From positions 288,001 through 352,000 of the forward strand of contig CAVWIP010000010.1 of NCBI GenBank assembly GCA_963755125.1: a DNA stretch of 64,000 nucleotides, written 5' to 3'. The position numbers and the translations under genes were made by a program. Positions within the stretch are counted from its first letter, which is position 1. Every line of letters starts with the position of its first letter. The notes under the pieces were generated by a model. It was given only the letters and a program-made list of their open reading frames with translations, did no database searches and was not told the origin of the DNA. Source of the stretch: an uncultured delta proteobacterium. GTDB taxonomy: Bacteria > Myxococcota_A > Polyangia > Fen-1088. Shown piece by piece: positions 26,458 through 34,825 of the stretch.

Positions 26458-28131
26458 CTACCCGAAGGTCGCCACGCGCAACTCCCGGTCCAGCGCCTTG
26501 CACGCCGCACTCAGCGACGCCTTGACGATGTCTCTGTCACGGCCAGCGCCGAAACGGATCTTCCCGTCGCGGCCGCGCAGGCCGACGTAGGCAACAGCTT
26601 CGGCGTCGGCGCCATCGCCCAGGGCGTACTCGCTGTAGTCGACCAAATGGACGTCCACGCCCAGCGCAGTGGCCAAACCGTGGACGAAACCGTCAATGGG
26701 ACCGGTTCCCTGGCCTTCTACAGTCAGCGGCCTCTGTCCGTCAGTCAACCGCACGCGCACCACGCACGCGCCCTGGCGCGGGTGGTCCACTGTGAAGTCC
26801 ACCATTTCGAAACGGCCGGCCGACAGGTATTCGCGCTCGAAGGCTTCCAGTATGCCGCTCGCGCTCAACTCCTTGCCAGTTGCATCTGCCATTCTTTGCA
26901 CCACCTGACTGAACTCCACGGCCATCCCTTTGGGCACGTGATAACCGTGGCTCTGCTCCAAGACGTAGGCCACGCCGCCCTTGCCGGACTGGCTATTGAT
27001 ACGGATCAAGGGCTCGTATTGCCGCCCTACGTCCGCTGGATCGATGGGCAGGTATGGCACTTCCCATGTGGTCGCGCCGGTCTTCTCCAACACGGCCAGG
27101 CCCTTGCGAATGGCGTCCTGGTGCGAGCCGGAAAAGGCGGTGAACACCAGCTTGCCAGAGTAGGGATGGCGAGGCGGCACGGGCAATTGATTGCATTCCT
27201 GGAAGACCTCGACCAAGGCCGGCAAATTCGACAAGTCCAGTCCCGGATCGATGCCCTGACTGAACAGGTTCATGGCCAGTGCCACCACGTCGGCGTTGCC
27301 GGTGCGCTCGCCGTTGCCAAACAAAGTGCCTTCCACGCGCTCGGCGCCAGCCAGCATGGCCAGTTCGGCCGCGGCAATGGCGCAGCCGCGGTCATTGTGC
27401 GTGTGTACACTGATGATCACGCAATCCCGCTGAGCCAGGTGCCGATGCATCCATTCGATCTGGTCGGCGTACACATTGGGCGTGGCCATTTCCACTGTGG
27501 ACGGTAAATTCACGATCATTTTCCTGTCGCGTGTGGGCTGCCATTGTTCGGCCACGGCGTCGCACACCCGCAGTGCAAATTCCAGTTCGGTGCCGGTGAA
27601 GCTCTCGGGCGAGTATTCCAGCACGATCTCGCTGCCCGCCAACTTGGCTGCCTCTTGCCGCGCCTGTCGCACGCCGCGCACGGCGATCTCTTTCACGCCC
27701 GCTTGGTCCATGCCGAACACCACCCGGCGCTGCAGCGTGGACGTGGAGTTGTACACATGCACGATGGCGCGGCGGACGCCTTGCAAGGACTGGAAGGTGC
27801 GAGTGATCAGGTGCTCGCGCGCCTGGGTCAACACCTGGATGGTGACGTCTGCGGGAATGTGGCCTTGTTCGATCAGCGCGCGCACGAAATCGAACTCGGT
27901 TTGCGAGGCCGCGGGGAAGCCGACTTCGATTTCTTTGAAGCCCACGCGCACCAGGGTCTGGAAGAAGCGCAGCTTACGCCCCATGCCCATGGGTTCAGCC
28001 AGGGCTTGATTTCCGTCGCGCAGGTCCACGCTGCACCAGATGGGCGCGCGGTCCAGGGTGCGAGAAGGCCACGCGCGGTCAGGCAGACGCACCGTTGGCG
28101 CCGAAGGGTATTTGCGAGCGTCGAATGTCAT
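26458..28131 (-). CDS. leuA: 2-isopropylmalate synthase
   Basis: WCSVDLRDGNQAL, EYSPESF, NLPSTVE, HTHNDRG, GNGERTGN, RINSQSGKGG and the regulatory-domain GPID. GGAG RBS precedes ATG 28131. Confidence 0.95.
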   Translation of the reverse strand: MTFDARKYPSAPTVRLPDRAWPSRTLDRAPIWCSVDLRDGNQALAEPMGMGRKLRFFQTLVRVGFKEIEVGFPAASQTEFDFVRALIEQGHIPADVTIQVLTQAREHLITRTFQSLQGVRRAIVHVYNSTSTLQRRVVFGMDQAGVKEIAVRGVRQARQEAAKLAGSEIVLEYSPESFTGTELEFALRVCDAVAEQWQPTRDRKMIVNLPSTVEMATPNVYADQIEWMHRHLAQRDCVIISVHTHNDRGCAIAAAELAMLAGAERVEGTLFGNGERTGNADVVALAMNLFSQGIDPGLDLSNLPALVEVFQECNQLPVPPRHPYSGKLVFTAFSGSHQDAIRKGLAVLEKTGATTWEVPYLPIDPADVGRQYEPLIRINSQSGKGGVAYVLEQSHGYHVPKGMAVEFSQVVQRMADATGKELSASGILEAFEREYLSAGRFEMVDFTVDHPRQGACVVRVRLTDGQRPLTVEGQGTGPIDGFVHGLATALGVDVHLVDYSEYALGDGADAEAVAYVGLRGRDGKIRFGAGRDRDIVKASLSAACKALDRELRVATFG

Positions 28132-28180
28132 GGTCAATCTCCGGACTCCGCTTCAGCCGGAGGTGGCCACGGTCCTTCGC

Positions 28181-28222
28181 AAATACGAAAACCCCCCTCC
28201 GGCTTCCGCGGGAGAGGGTTTC
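28181..28222 (-). terminator. attenuator terminator upstream of leuA
   Basis: Minus strand reads GAAACCCTCTCC-CGCGGAAGCC-GGAGGGGGGTTTTCGTATTT: a GC stem followed by a U-tract. Confidence 0.85.
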
Positions 28223-28247
28223 GAGGTTCGTCGTTCTGCGCCTTACC

Positions 28248-28310
28248 TCAGGCCTCTCCCGCGCTGCTAAGCAGCAGTCCCGAGAGAAGCAGGGTGGTCG
28301 CAAACAACAT
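28248..28310 (-). CDS. leu attenuator leader peptide MLFATTLLLSGLLLSSAGEA (20 aa, 7 Leu)
   Basis: Direct translation gives two Leu triplets (CTG CTT CTC; CTG CTG CTT). The ORF sits between a promoter and the terminator before leuA. Confidence 0.85.
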   Translation of the reverse strand: MLFATTLLLSGLLLSSAGEA

Positions 28311-28321
28311 GGCCAGATACA

Positions 28322-28350
28322 ATTGTGCGCGACTCGTGCGCGGCCGTCAA
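28322..28350 (-). promoter_or_regulatory. sigma70-type promoter for leader/leuA
   Basis: TTGACG-17 nt-CACAAT on the minus strand, 11 nt upstream of the leader ATG. Confidence 0.65.
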
Positions 28351-28426
28351 GAACGTCCGAAAGAAACCGCCGCTGCTGTGGTGCGCTCCAGTAGAATTCT
28401 GCGCACCTTCTGCTACTGGAGAAATC

Positions 28427-29605
28427 ATGCGCTCACTCGTCCGGGTCGGTTTTGCTCTGTTGGTCCCAGTCCTGATGGCGCCGCTGGCCCGCGCTGGCGA
28501 CGGCCTTGCCCTCACCCCGCCCATGGGCTGGAATAGCTGGAACAAATTCGGCTGCAACGTGAGCGAGAAGCTCATCCGGGCAGCGGCCGACGCGCTGGTG
28601 TCGAGCGGCATGAAGGACGCCGGTTACCAGTACGTGGTGATCGATGACTGCTGGCAGGTCAGGCGAGATGCGGCGGGAAAGATTGTAGCCGACCCTGAGC
28701 GATTTCCCTCGGGGATAAAGGCGCTGGCCGACGCTGTGCACGCGAAAGGTCTGAAGTTCGGGATCTACTCGGACGCTGGGACCATGACCTGCGCCAAGCG
28801 GCCGGGCTCAAAGGACCACGAGGCGCAAGACGCGAAGGCCTATGCCGAGTGGGGCGTCGACTACCTGAAGTACGACTGGTGCAACACCGACGGGCAGGAT
28901 ACCCGCGACTCCTATGCCAAGATGAGCCAGGCCCTGCGCGCGAGCGGACGGCCGATCGTGTTTTCGATCTGCGAGTGGGGCAACAGCAAGCCGTGGACAT
29001 GGGCGCAGGGCATCGGGCACCTGTGGCGCGCCACCGGCGACATCCAAGACTGCTGGGATTGCGGCAAGAGTTGGGGAGGCATGGGCGTGGTTCACATCAT
29101 CGACCTGATGGCCGACCTGCACGCCTTTTCCGGCCCGGGCCACTGGAACGACCCGGACATGCTCGAGGTCGGCAATCACGGACTGACCCTGCCCGAGAAC
29201 CGTGCTCACTTCAGCTTCTGGGCGCTGTTCGCGGCTCCCTTGATGGCCGGCAACGACCTTGCGGCGATGAAGCCCGCCATCCGGGACATCCTCACCAACC
29301 GTGAGGTCATCGCGGTGGACCAGGACCCGCTCGGGATGCAGGGCCGCAAGGTGCGCGACGACGGCGCGCACGAAGTGTGGATCAAGCCGCTGGCAGACGG
29401 CTCACGCGCCGTCATCCTCTTCAACCGCGGCACCGAGGAGAGCCCAATCACGGCATCGTGGGAGGAGATCGGCCTGTTTCCCGGCGGCAAGGCTGTGGTC
29501 CGCGATCTCTGGAAGAAGGCCGACGTCGGCTCCTTCACCGGCCGCTTTCAGGCCAAGGTGGAGCCACACGGCGTGGTGATGCTCAGGATCACGCCGCAGT
29601 TCTGA
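28427..29605 (+). CDS. secreted alpha-galactosidase, GH27
   Basis: Signal peptide; LALTPPMGWNSWN, IDDCWQ, VDYLKYDWC, LWRATGDI, WNDPDMLEVGN. Confidence 0.93.
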   Translation: MRSLVRVGFALLVPVLMAPLARAGDGLALTPPMGWNSWNKFGCNVSEKLIRAAADALVSSGMKDAGYQYVVIDDCWQVRRDAAGKIVADPERFPSGIKALADAVHAKGLKFGIYSDAGTMTCAKRPGSKDHEAQDAKAYAEWGVDYLKYDWCNTDGQDTRDSYAKMSQALRASGRPIVFSICEWGNSKPWTWAQGIGHLWRATGDIQDCWDCGKSWGGMGVVHIIDLMADLHAFSGPGHWNDPDMLEVGNHGLTLPENRAHFSFWALFAAPLMAGNDLAAMKPAIRDILTNREVIAVDQDPLGMQGRKVRDDGAHEVWIKPLADGSRAVILFNRGTEESPITASWEEIGLFPGGKAVVRDLWKKADVGSFTGRFQAKVEPHGVVMLRITPQF

Positions 29606-29796
29606 AACCGGCCAGAGCGTCACGGTCGCGGTGCCGCAATAAGCTGTATCGCGTCCCCGAGCAGGACGCCACGGCCGCTCTGTTTCACAAAAATGACCCA
29701 CTGCTTTTGCGCGCTTTTTCCGCGCCATCAGGTAACGTGCTGGCAGCGGCCCCATCCAAAAATGCAGAATCACAGGACGACAGAGGAGCGCTTTCG

Positions 29797-30540
29797 ATGA
29801 CCCCCTGGGTGAGAAGAACCAAACGCGCTCTCGACGTGCTCATTTCGACGGTGGGCCTGATCCTGACGGTTCCTCTCTACCCTTTTATCGCTGCCGCCAT
29901 ATTCCTGGAGTCGCGGGGGGGCATATTCTTCCGCCAGCTCCGGGCCGGGGAGTTGTTGGGACCAGTGGATGGCCAGCCCGGGCGCTTTCGCTTTCGCGAA
30001 TTCAGCATGCTGAAGTTCCGCACCATGCGACCCGATGCCGGAACCTACACCGGGCCGGTCCTGACGGAAGAGAATGACCCGCGCGTGACCCGCGTGGGCC
30101 GTGTCCTGCGCAAAACCCGTCTCGACGAATTGCCCCAGTTCTGGAACGTCCTGCGGGGCGAGATGAGCATCATCGGCCCGCGCCCCGAGCAGCCCGAGTT
30201 GATGACCAACCTGTCGCTGACCATCCCGTACTTCGAGGAGCGCATGCGCGCGCTCAAGCCCGGCATCACGGGATTGGCGCAGGTTCTGCTCGGCTATTCG
30301 GGCCGCCCGCCCGAGGGAAGCGCCCTGGCCGCTATGGCACACGAGCTGACCAACCCCTTCAAGCTCGACGGCACGGAAGGCGCCTTGGCGGACGACATGC
30401 GCATGAAGCTGCTTTGCGACCTCGCCTACGGCCTGGCCGCCGAGAAGTTTCTGGCCTTCGCGCGTCTCGAAACCGAAATCCTTTTCCGCACGCCTCTTGT
30501 TATGTTAATGGGCTTGCGACGAAAAAGCCTGGGGCGATGA
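29797..30540 (+). CDS. priming polyprenyl-phosphate sugar transferase (bacterial sugar transferase family)
   Basis: [68 protein letters not shown]. Confidence 0.92.
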   Translation: MTPWVRRTKRALDVLISTVGLILTVPLYPFIAAAIFLESRGGIFFRQLRAGELLGPVDGQPGRFRFREFSMLKFRTMRPDAGTYTGPVLTEENDPRVTRVGRVLRKTRLDELPQFWNVLRGEMSIIGPRPEQPELMTNLSLTIPYFEERMRALKPGITGLAQVLLGYSGRPPEGSALAAMAHELTNPFKLDGTEGALADDMRMKLLCDLAYGLAAEKFLAFARLETEILFRTPLVMLMGLRRKSLGR

Positions 30541-31667
30541 GTGGGTTCCTTTCTACCCCGCTGGCGGCGGCGGCCCTGGCCCTGGCGGTGCTGGTCTATA
30601 CCTACGCCGGCTATCCGGCCTTGCTCGCCCTGCTGAAGCGCGTACGCCCGCTGCACCCACGCCGGGATCCGACCTGGATGCCCACGGTGACCGCTTGTGT
30701 GGCGGCCTACAACGCCGAGGCGACCCTGCAGGCCAAGCTGGCCAGCCTGGCCGCGCTCGATTACCCGGTGGACAAGCTGGATATCCTGGTCTATTCGGAC
30801 GGCTCCCGCGATCGCACCGACGAAATCGTAGCGGCCTGGTCGGCGCGCGATGCGCGCGTGCAGCTCATCGCCGGTCACCCGCGCCAGGGCAAGCCCACCG
30901 CGCTCAATGCCATGGCCGAACGGGCCCGCGGCGAGGTGCTGCTGCTCACCGACGCGCGCCAGCCGGTGGAACGGGGGGCCTTGCGGGCCATGCTGGCCTT
31001 GCTGGCTGATCCCTCGGTGGGGTGCGTGACGGGCAATCTGCGGCTGGAAGGTGCGGCCGGCAGCGGCGTGTATTGGCGCTACGAAAACTGGATCCGGCGC
31101 AGCGAGGCCCGCTTCCGCAGCGTGGTGGGCATGACCGGCCCACTCTCGGCCATCCGGCGTAACGACCTTTCTCCCCTGCCCAGCAACCTGATTCTCGATG
31201 ACGTGTGGATCCCCATGCGCCTGCGCCTGCAAGGCCGCCGCGTCCTCTTCTGCGAAGAGGCCCTGGCCTTCGACCGCGCCTTTGACGACGAGCGCGAGTT
31301 TTCTCGCAAGGTGCGCACCCTGGCGGGCAACTACCAGATCTTCGCTCTCATGCCGGCCCTGCTCGTCCCCTTTGTCAATCCCTCCTGGTTCGAGACCTGC
31401 TCGCACAAGATCATGCGCCTTGTCTGCCCGTGGGCCCTGGCGGTTCTGCTGGTGGCCTGCGTTCTGGGCGTGTGGCGGGGCGGGACAGCGGCGTTTTCCT
31501 TGCTGGCCGCTCTACTGGCCGGGCAGGCGCTGTTCTACGCCGGCGCGCTGGCGGGATCGCGGGCGGGTCGGATGGGAACCGTGGCGCGGACCTTCGTGGT
31601 GCTCAACGCCGCGGCCGTGGCGGGGCTGTGGCGGTTCTTGACCGGCAGGCAGAGGGTGACCTGGTGA
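30537..31667 (+). CDS. glycosyltransferase family 2, membrane-bound
   Basis: YTYAGYP, AAYN, SDGSRDRT, GKPTALN, TDA, DD, RKVRT..GNYQ and C-terminal TMs. Confidence 0.88.
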   Translation: MSGFLSTPLAAAALALAVLVYTYAGYPALLALLKRVRPLHPRRDPTWMPTVTACVAAYNAEATLQAKLASLAALDYPVDKLDILVYSDGSRDRTDEIVAAWSARDARVQLIAGHPRQGKPTALNAMAERARGEVLLLTDARQPVERGALRAMLALLADPSVGCVTGNLRLEGAAGSGVYWRYENWIRRSEARFRSVVGMTGPLSAIRRNDLSPLPSNLILDDVWIPMRLRLQGRRVLFCEEALAFDRAFDDEREFSRKVRTLAGNYQIFALMPALLVPFVNPSWFETCSHKIMRLVCPWALAVLLVACVLGVWRGGTAAFSLLAALLAGQALFYAGALAGSRAGRMGTVARTFVVLNAAAVAGLWRFLTGRQRVTW

Positions 31668-32818
31668 TGGACGGTGGAGATCGACCGCTGGTCATCGCGC
31701 ATGTCCTGCCGTCCTTCGGGCTGGGCGGCCAGGAACGGGTGGCGTTGCGCCTGGCCACGCAGCAACAGGCGAGCGGCCATCGCGCCCTGGCGGTATCGCT
31801 GGCGCCGCCGCCCGAAGGCATCCTGGCCGACGAGTTTCGCCAGGCGGGCATCGAGACGCTGACCGTGCCCAAGCAAGGCCGCGGCCTCGACTTCAGCCTG
31901 CCAGCGCGCCTGGCGGCCGAGTTTTGTGGCGAAGGCGTGACGGTGGTGCATGCGCATAACCCGCAGGCCCTGATTTATGCCGCGCTTGCCGGCAAGGCGG
32001 CCGGTGCCACCGTGGTCTATACCTGTCACGGACAGAATTCGCTGGCAGCGGGTCGCCTGTGGCTGACCCGCCTAGCCTCGCTGGCCATCGACGCCTATGT
32101 CGGGGTTTCCCCGCACATCGTCGAGCGCGCCCGGCGGTATCATGAGTGTCCCGCGGCCAAGCTGCTGGTCATTGAAAACGGCGTGGATCTGTCCGCTTTT
32201 CGCCCCGAGGCGGACACCCGCCGCCAGGTGCGCGCCGCATTGGGACTGCCCGCGGGAGCCTGGGTGGTGGGCACGGTGGGGCGCCTGGTGGATGACAAGA
32301 ACCCCGGCCTGCTCCTGCGCGCCGCCCTGCCGCTGCTTGGCCCGGACGCCCGTCTGGTGTTCGTGGGCGACGGTCCCCTAGGCCCGGACCTGCAGGCCGT
32401 GGCCTCCCGCCATACGGCTGGTCACTGCGTGAGTTTCCTCGGTGCACGCCACGATGTGCCGCGCTTGCTGGCCGCGTTCGATGTGTTCGCACTGTCGTCG
32501 CGCACCGAGGGACTTCCCCTGGCTCTCCTGGAAGCCATGGCGGCAGCGCTACCCATCGTGGCCACCGCGGTGGGCGGCGTGCCCGACGTGGTCCGCGACG
32601 GCCGGAGTGCGCGTCTGGTCCCCAGCGCCGACGAGGCGGCGCTGCGCGAGGCTCTGGCGCAGCTTCGCAGAGACCCGACCGCGGCGGCCGAATTGGGCCG
32701 ATGCGCACGAAGGGAGAGCCAGCGCTTTTCCGCCGCCACCATGACCAGCCGCTACCTGGACCTTTACCACCGCTGTCGGGTGGAACTGCTGACTCAGAAA
32801 CCTTTCAACTTGGTGTAG
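31667..32818 (+). CDS. glycosyltransferase family 4
   Basis: GGQER, VHAHN, IENGVD, VGRL...KN, SSRTEGLPLALLEAMAA. Confidence 0.9.
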   Translation: MDGGDRPLVIAHVLPSFGLGGQERVALRLATQQQASGHRALAVSLAPPPEGILADEFRQAGIETLTVPKQGRGLDFSLPARLAAEFCGEGVTVVHAHNPQALIYAALAGKAAGATVVYTCHGQNSLAAGRLWLTRLASLAIDAYVGVSPHIVERARRYHECPAAKLLVIENGVDLSAFRPEADTRRQVRAALGLPAGAWVVGTVGRLVDDKNPGLLLRAALPLLGPDARLVFVGDGPLGPDLQAVASRHTAGHCVSFLGARHDVPRLLAAFDVFALSSRTEGLPLALLEAMAAALPIVATAVGGVPDVVRDGRSARLVPSADEAALREALAQLRRDPTAAAELGRCARRESQRFSAATMTSRYLDLYHRCRVELLTQKPFNLV

Positions 32819-34170
32819 AGTTGCACCGCTACCATCAAGCCTGCCGCAATCCCGGTGACCGCGAGCAAGTCGCGCCATCCCAGGGAAAGCTTCCAGTCGG
32901 GATCGTGGTTTCGAATGGCCAGCGCATAGGCGCCGGTCAGGCCAAAGAAAAGCCAGATGATCGGATGATAGGTCAGCGACAAGAAGAACGTCCCGGCGAC
33001 CATGCCACACAGAACCGCCAGCAGGCCACGTCCCCACTGGTAGGCGACCGCCGCCTCGGGAACCTGCCGGTAGCGGCGCATGGCGGTCAGCACGATCTTG
33101 AAGGCCACGTAGAAGAGCCCGACGAACAGCAACAGCCCCACCGTGCCCATCTCGGCTGCGGCGAGCACGAAGCTGTTGTGCGCGGTGATGTAGTAACGCT
33201 CGGGGAATTCGCCCTGGCCGACGCCCCACACAGGCGATTCCCGCCACATCAGCAGCCCCTCGGCCCATGCCTCCAGCCGTTCCTGGCTCGAGGAGGTGGC
33301 CTCGCTGGTCGAACGCCCGCCGAGAATGAGCGCCGGCGTGGCCAGCACCGCACCCAGCGCGATACCCTTCCAGCCAAAACGAACTGCGAAGTAGGCGGCG
33401 GCAACCGCCACGATCACCATCTGTCCGGTTCGCGATTCGGTCAGGACGATGCAGGTCACGCCCAGCCCGATCAGCGCGGCCAGCATCAAGGTGCGCAGCA
33501 ACGAGCGCCGACGGGACCACAGGGTGAGCGCGAGTGGAATGGCCAGCCCGAGGGCGAGCGCGAACTCGTTGGGATCTTGCAAAAGGCCGCGGTATCGGAT
33601 GCGACCGCCGCCGACGGATGTGGTTCCGGCCGGCCCCGACTTCTCGCACTCGTACTCGAACCCGGGCTCGCCCCCTTCCTCGCACTGGTCGGGCCCGGCG
33701 CATGGGCGGTCTTCTGGCACACCGGTGGTTTCGCCCAAGGTCGTCCCGGGCTCGATCCGGATGCATTGCAGGGGGGCCTGCGCCTGGACCACGCCCACGA
33801 CCGAGAGAACCAGCGTGATGGTCACGATGGCCCGGCAGACGTTCTCCAGGGCGCGAAAGCTCTGGGCGGACTGGGCCACCAGCATATAGAGCGCAGGCGA
33901 CACGATGAGCACCACCGCCACGTGGGTCACGGAAGCCGAGGAACCCAGGGTGGTCGCCACCAGCGCCCACAGGTACAAAGCCATCGCCAGCGCCGCGTGG
34001 GGAGCGAGCCATGGGCGCACAAAGCGCAGCCGCAGATCGAGCACCAGCCCCAGCAGGCTGATGGCAACGAGAATAGGAATGCAGGGAACCGTACTCAGAA
34101 AGGGGAAGACCTCGTGAGGCCTCAAATAGACAAATGCAATCAGCGTGAGAATTCCGGGCAGCGAAAACAT
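32794..34170 (-). CDS. O-antigen ligase / Wzy-like polymerase
   Basis: Multi-TM protein with YLRPHE, DPNEFAL, TESRTG, SSQERLEAW, GVGQGEF, AHNSFVL..AEMG. Confidence 0.85.
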   Translation of the reverse strand: MFSLPGILTLIAFVYLRPHEVFPFLSTVPCIPILVAISLLGLVLDLRLRFVRPWLAPHAALAMALYLWALVATTLGSSASVTHVAVVLIVSPALYMLVAQSAQSFRALENVCRAIVTITLVLSVVGVVQAQAPLQCIRIEPGTTLGETTGVPEDRPCAGPDQCEEGGEPGFEYECEKSGPAGTTSVGGGRIRYRGLLQDPNEFALALGLAIPLALTLWSRRRSLLRTLMLAALIGLGVTCIVLTESRTGQMVIVAVAAAYFAVRFGWKGIALGAVLATPALILGGRSTSEATSSSQERLEAWAEGLLMWRESPVWGVGQGEFPERYYITAHNSFVLAAAEMGTVGLLLFVGLFYVAFKIVLTAMRRYRQVPEAAVAYQWGRGLLAVLCGMVAGTFFLSLTYHPIIWLFFGLTGAYALAIRNHDPDWKLSLGWRDLLAVTGIAAGLMVAVQLYTKLKGF

Positions 34171-34233
34171 GCTTTCCCCAACCGTGTGGTGTCGACTATC
34201 GCCGATTTCTTGGGCCGAGAGCGAATTCCCGTC

Positions 34234-34818
34234 ATGGGCGCCTTCGCCCTGTGCCTGGCGGTCTGCCTGCTAGGATGCGCGACGCCCCTGCCCAGCTTCG
34301 ACTATAGCAAGGAGCTCGATCCGCGGCAGGCCGAGTTCCTGGTCGGCCCCTCCGACGTCCTGCGCATCAACGTCTGGAAGACGCCCGACCTATCGGTGGA
34401 CGTCACGGTACGGCCTGACGGCACCGTCACCCTCCCCTTGATCGGCGACGTGACCGCCACCGGCCGCACCCCCAGCCAGTTGCGCGACGAGATCAAGCGC
34501 AAACTCACCGCCTTTTTGCGCGACGACAACCCGGCCATTGAGGTCATCGTGGAAACCGTCAACAGCTACCGCTTCACCGTGGCCGGCAACGTGGAACACT
34601 CGGGCCTGTTCACCACCAAGTACTTCGTCACCGTGACCGAGGCCATCGCGCTCGCCGGCGGCCCCAACCGCTATGCCGATCTGGACCGGGTGCTCATCCT
34701 GCGCCAGACCGGAACCGGCGCGCGCTCCATTCCCGTCAGTCTCAATGAAATCTACTCGGGCCGTCACCCCGAGATGGATCTGGTCATCGTGAAGGAGGAC
34801 CGGATCTTCGTGCCGTAG
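34234..34818 (+). CDS. short Wza/OPX polysaccharide export lipoprotein
   Basis: Lipobox LLGC; PES motif VGPSDVLRINVW...VRPDGTVTLPLIGD; a single SLBB domain; ends at DRIFVP. Confidence 0.88.
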   Translation: MGAFALCLAVCLLGCATPLPSFDYSKELDPRQAEFLVGPSDVLRINVWKTPDLSVDVTVRPDGTVTLPLIGDVTATGRTPSQLRDEIKRKLTAFLRDDNPAIEVIVETVNSYRFTVAGNVEHSGLFTTKYFVTVTEAIALAGGPNRYADLDRVLILRQTGTGARSIPVSLNEIYSGRHPEMDLVIVKEDRIFVP

Positions 34819-34825
34819 CAACTGC

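Noticed and set aside
32701..34233. Apparent 705-aa Wza with a long N-terminal extension
   Set aside because: The first 511 codons are antisense to the Wzy-like gene; a lipoprotein signal begins at 34234.
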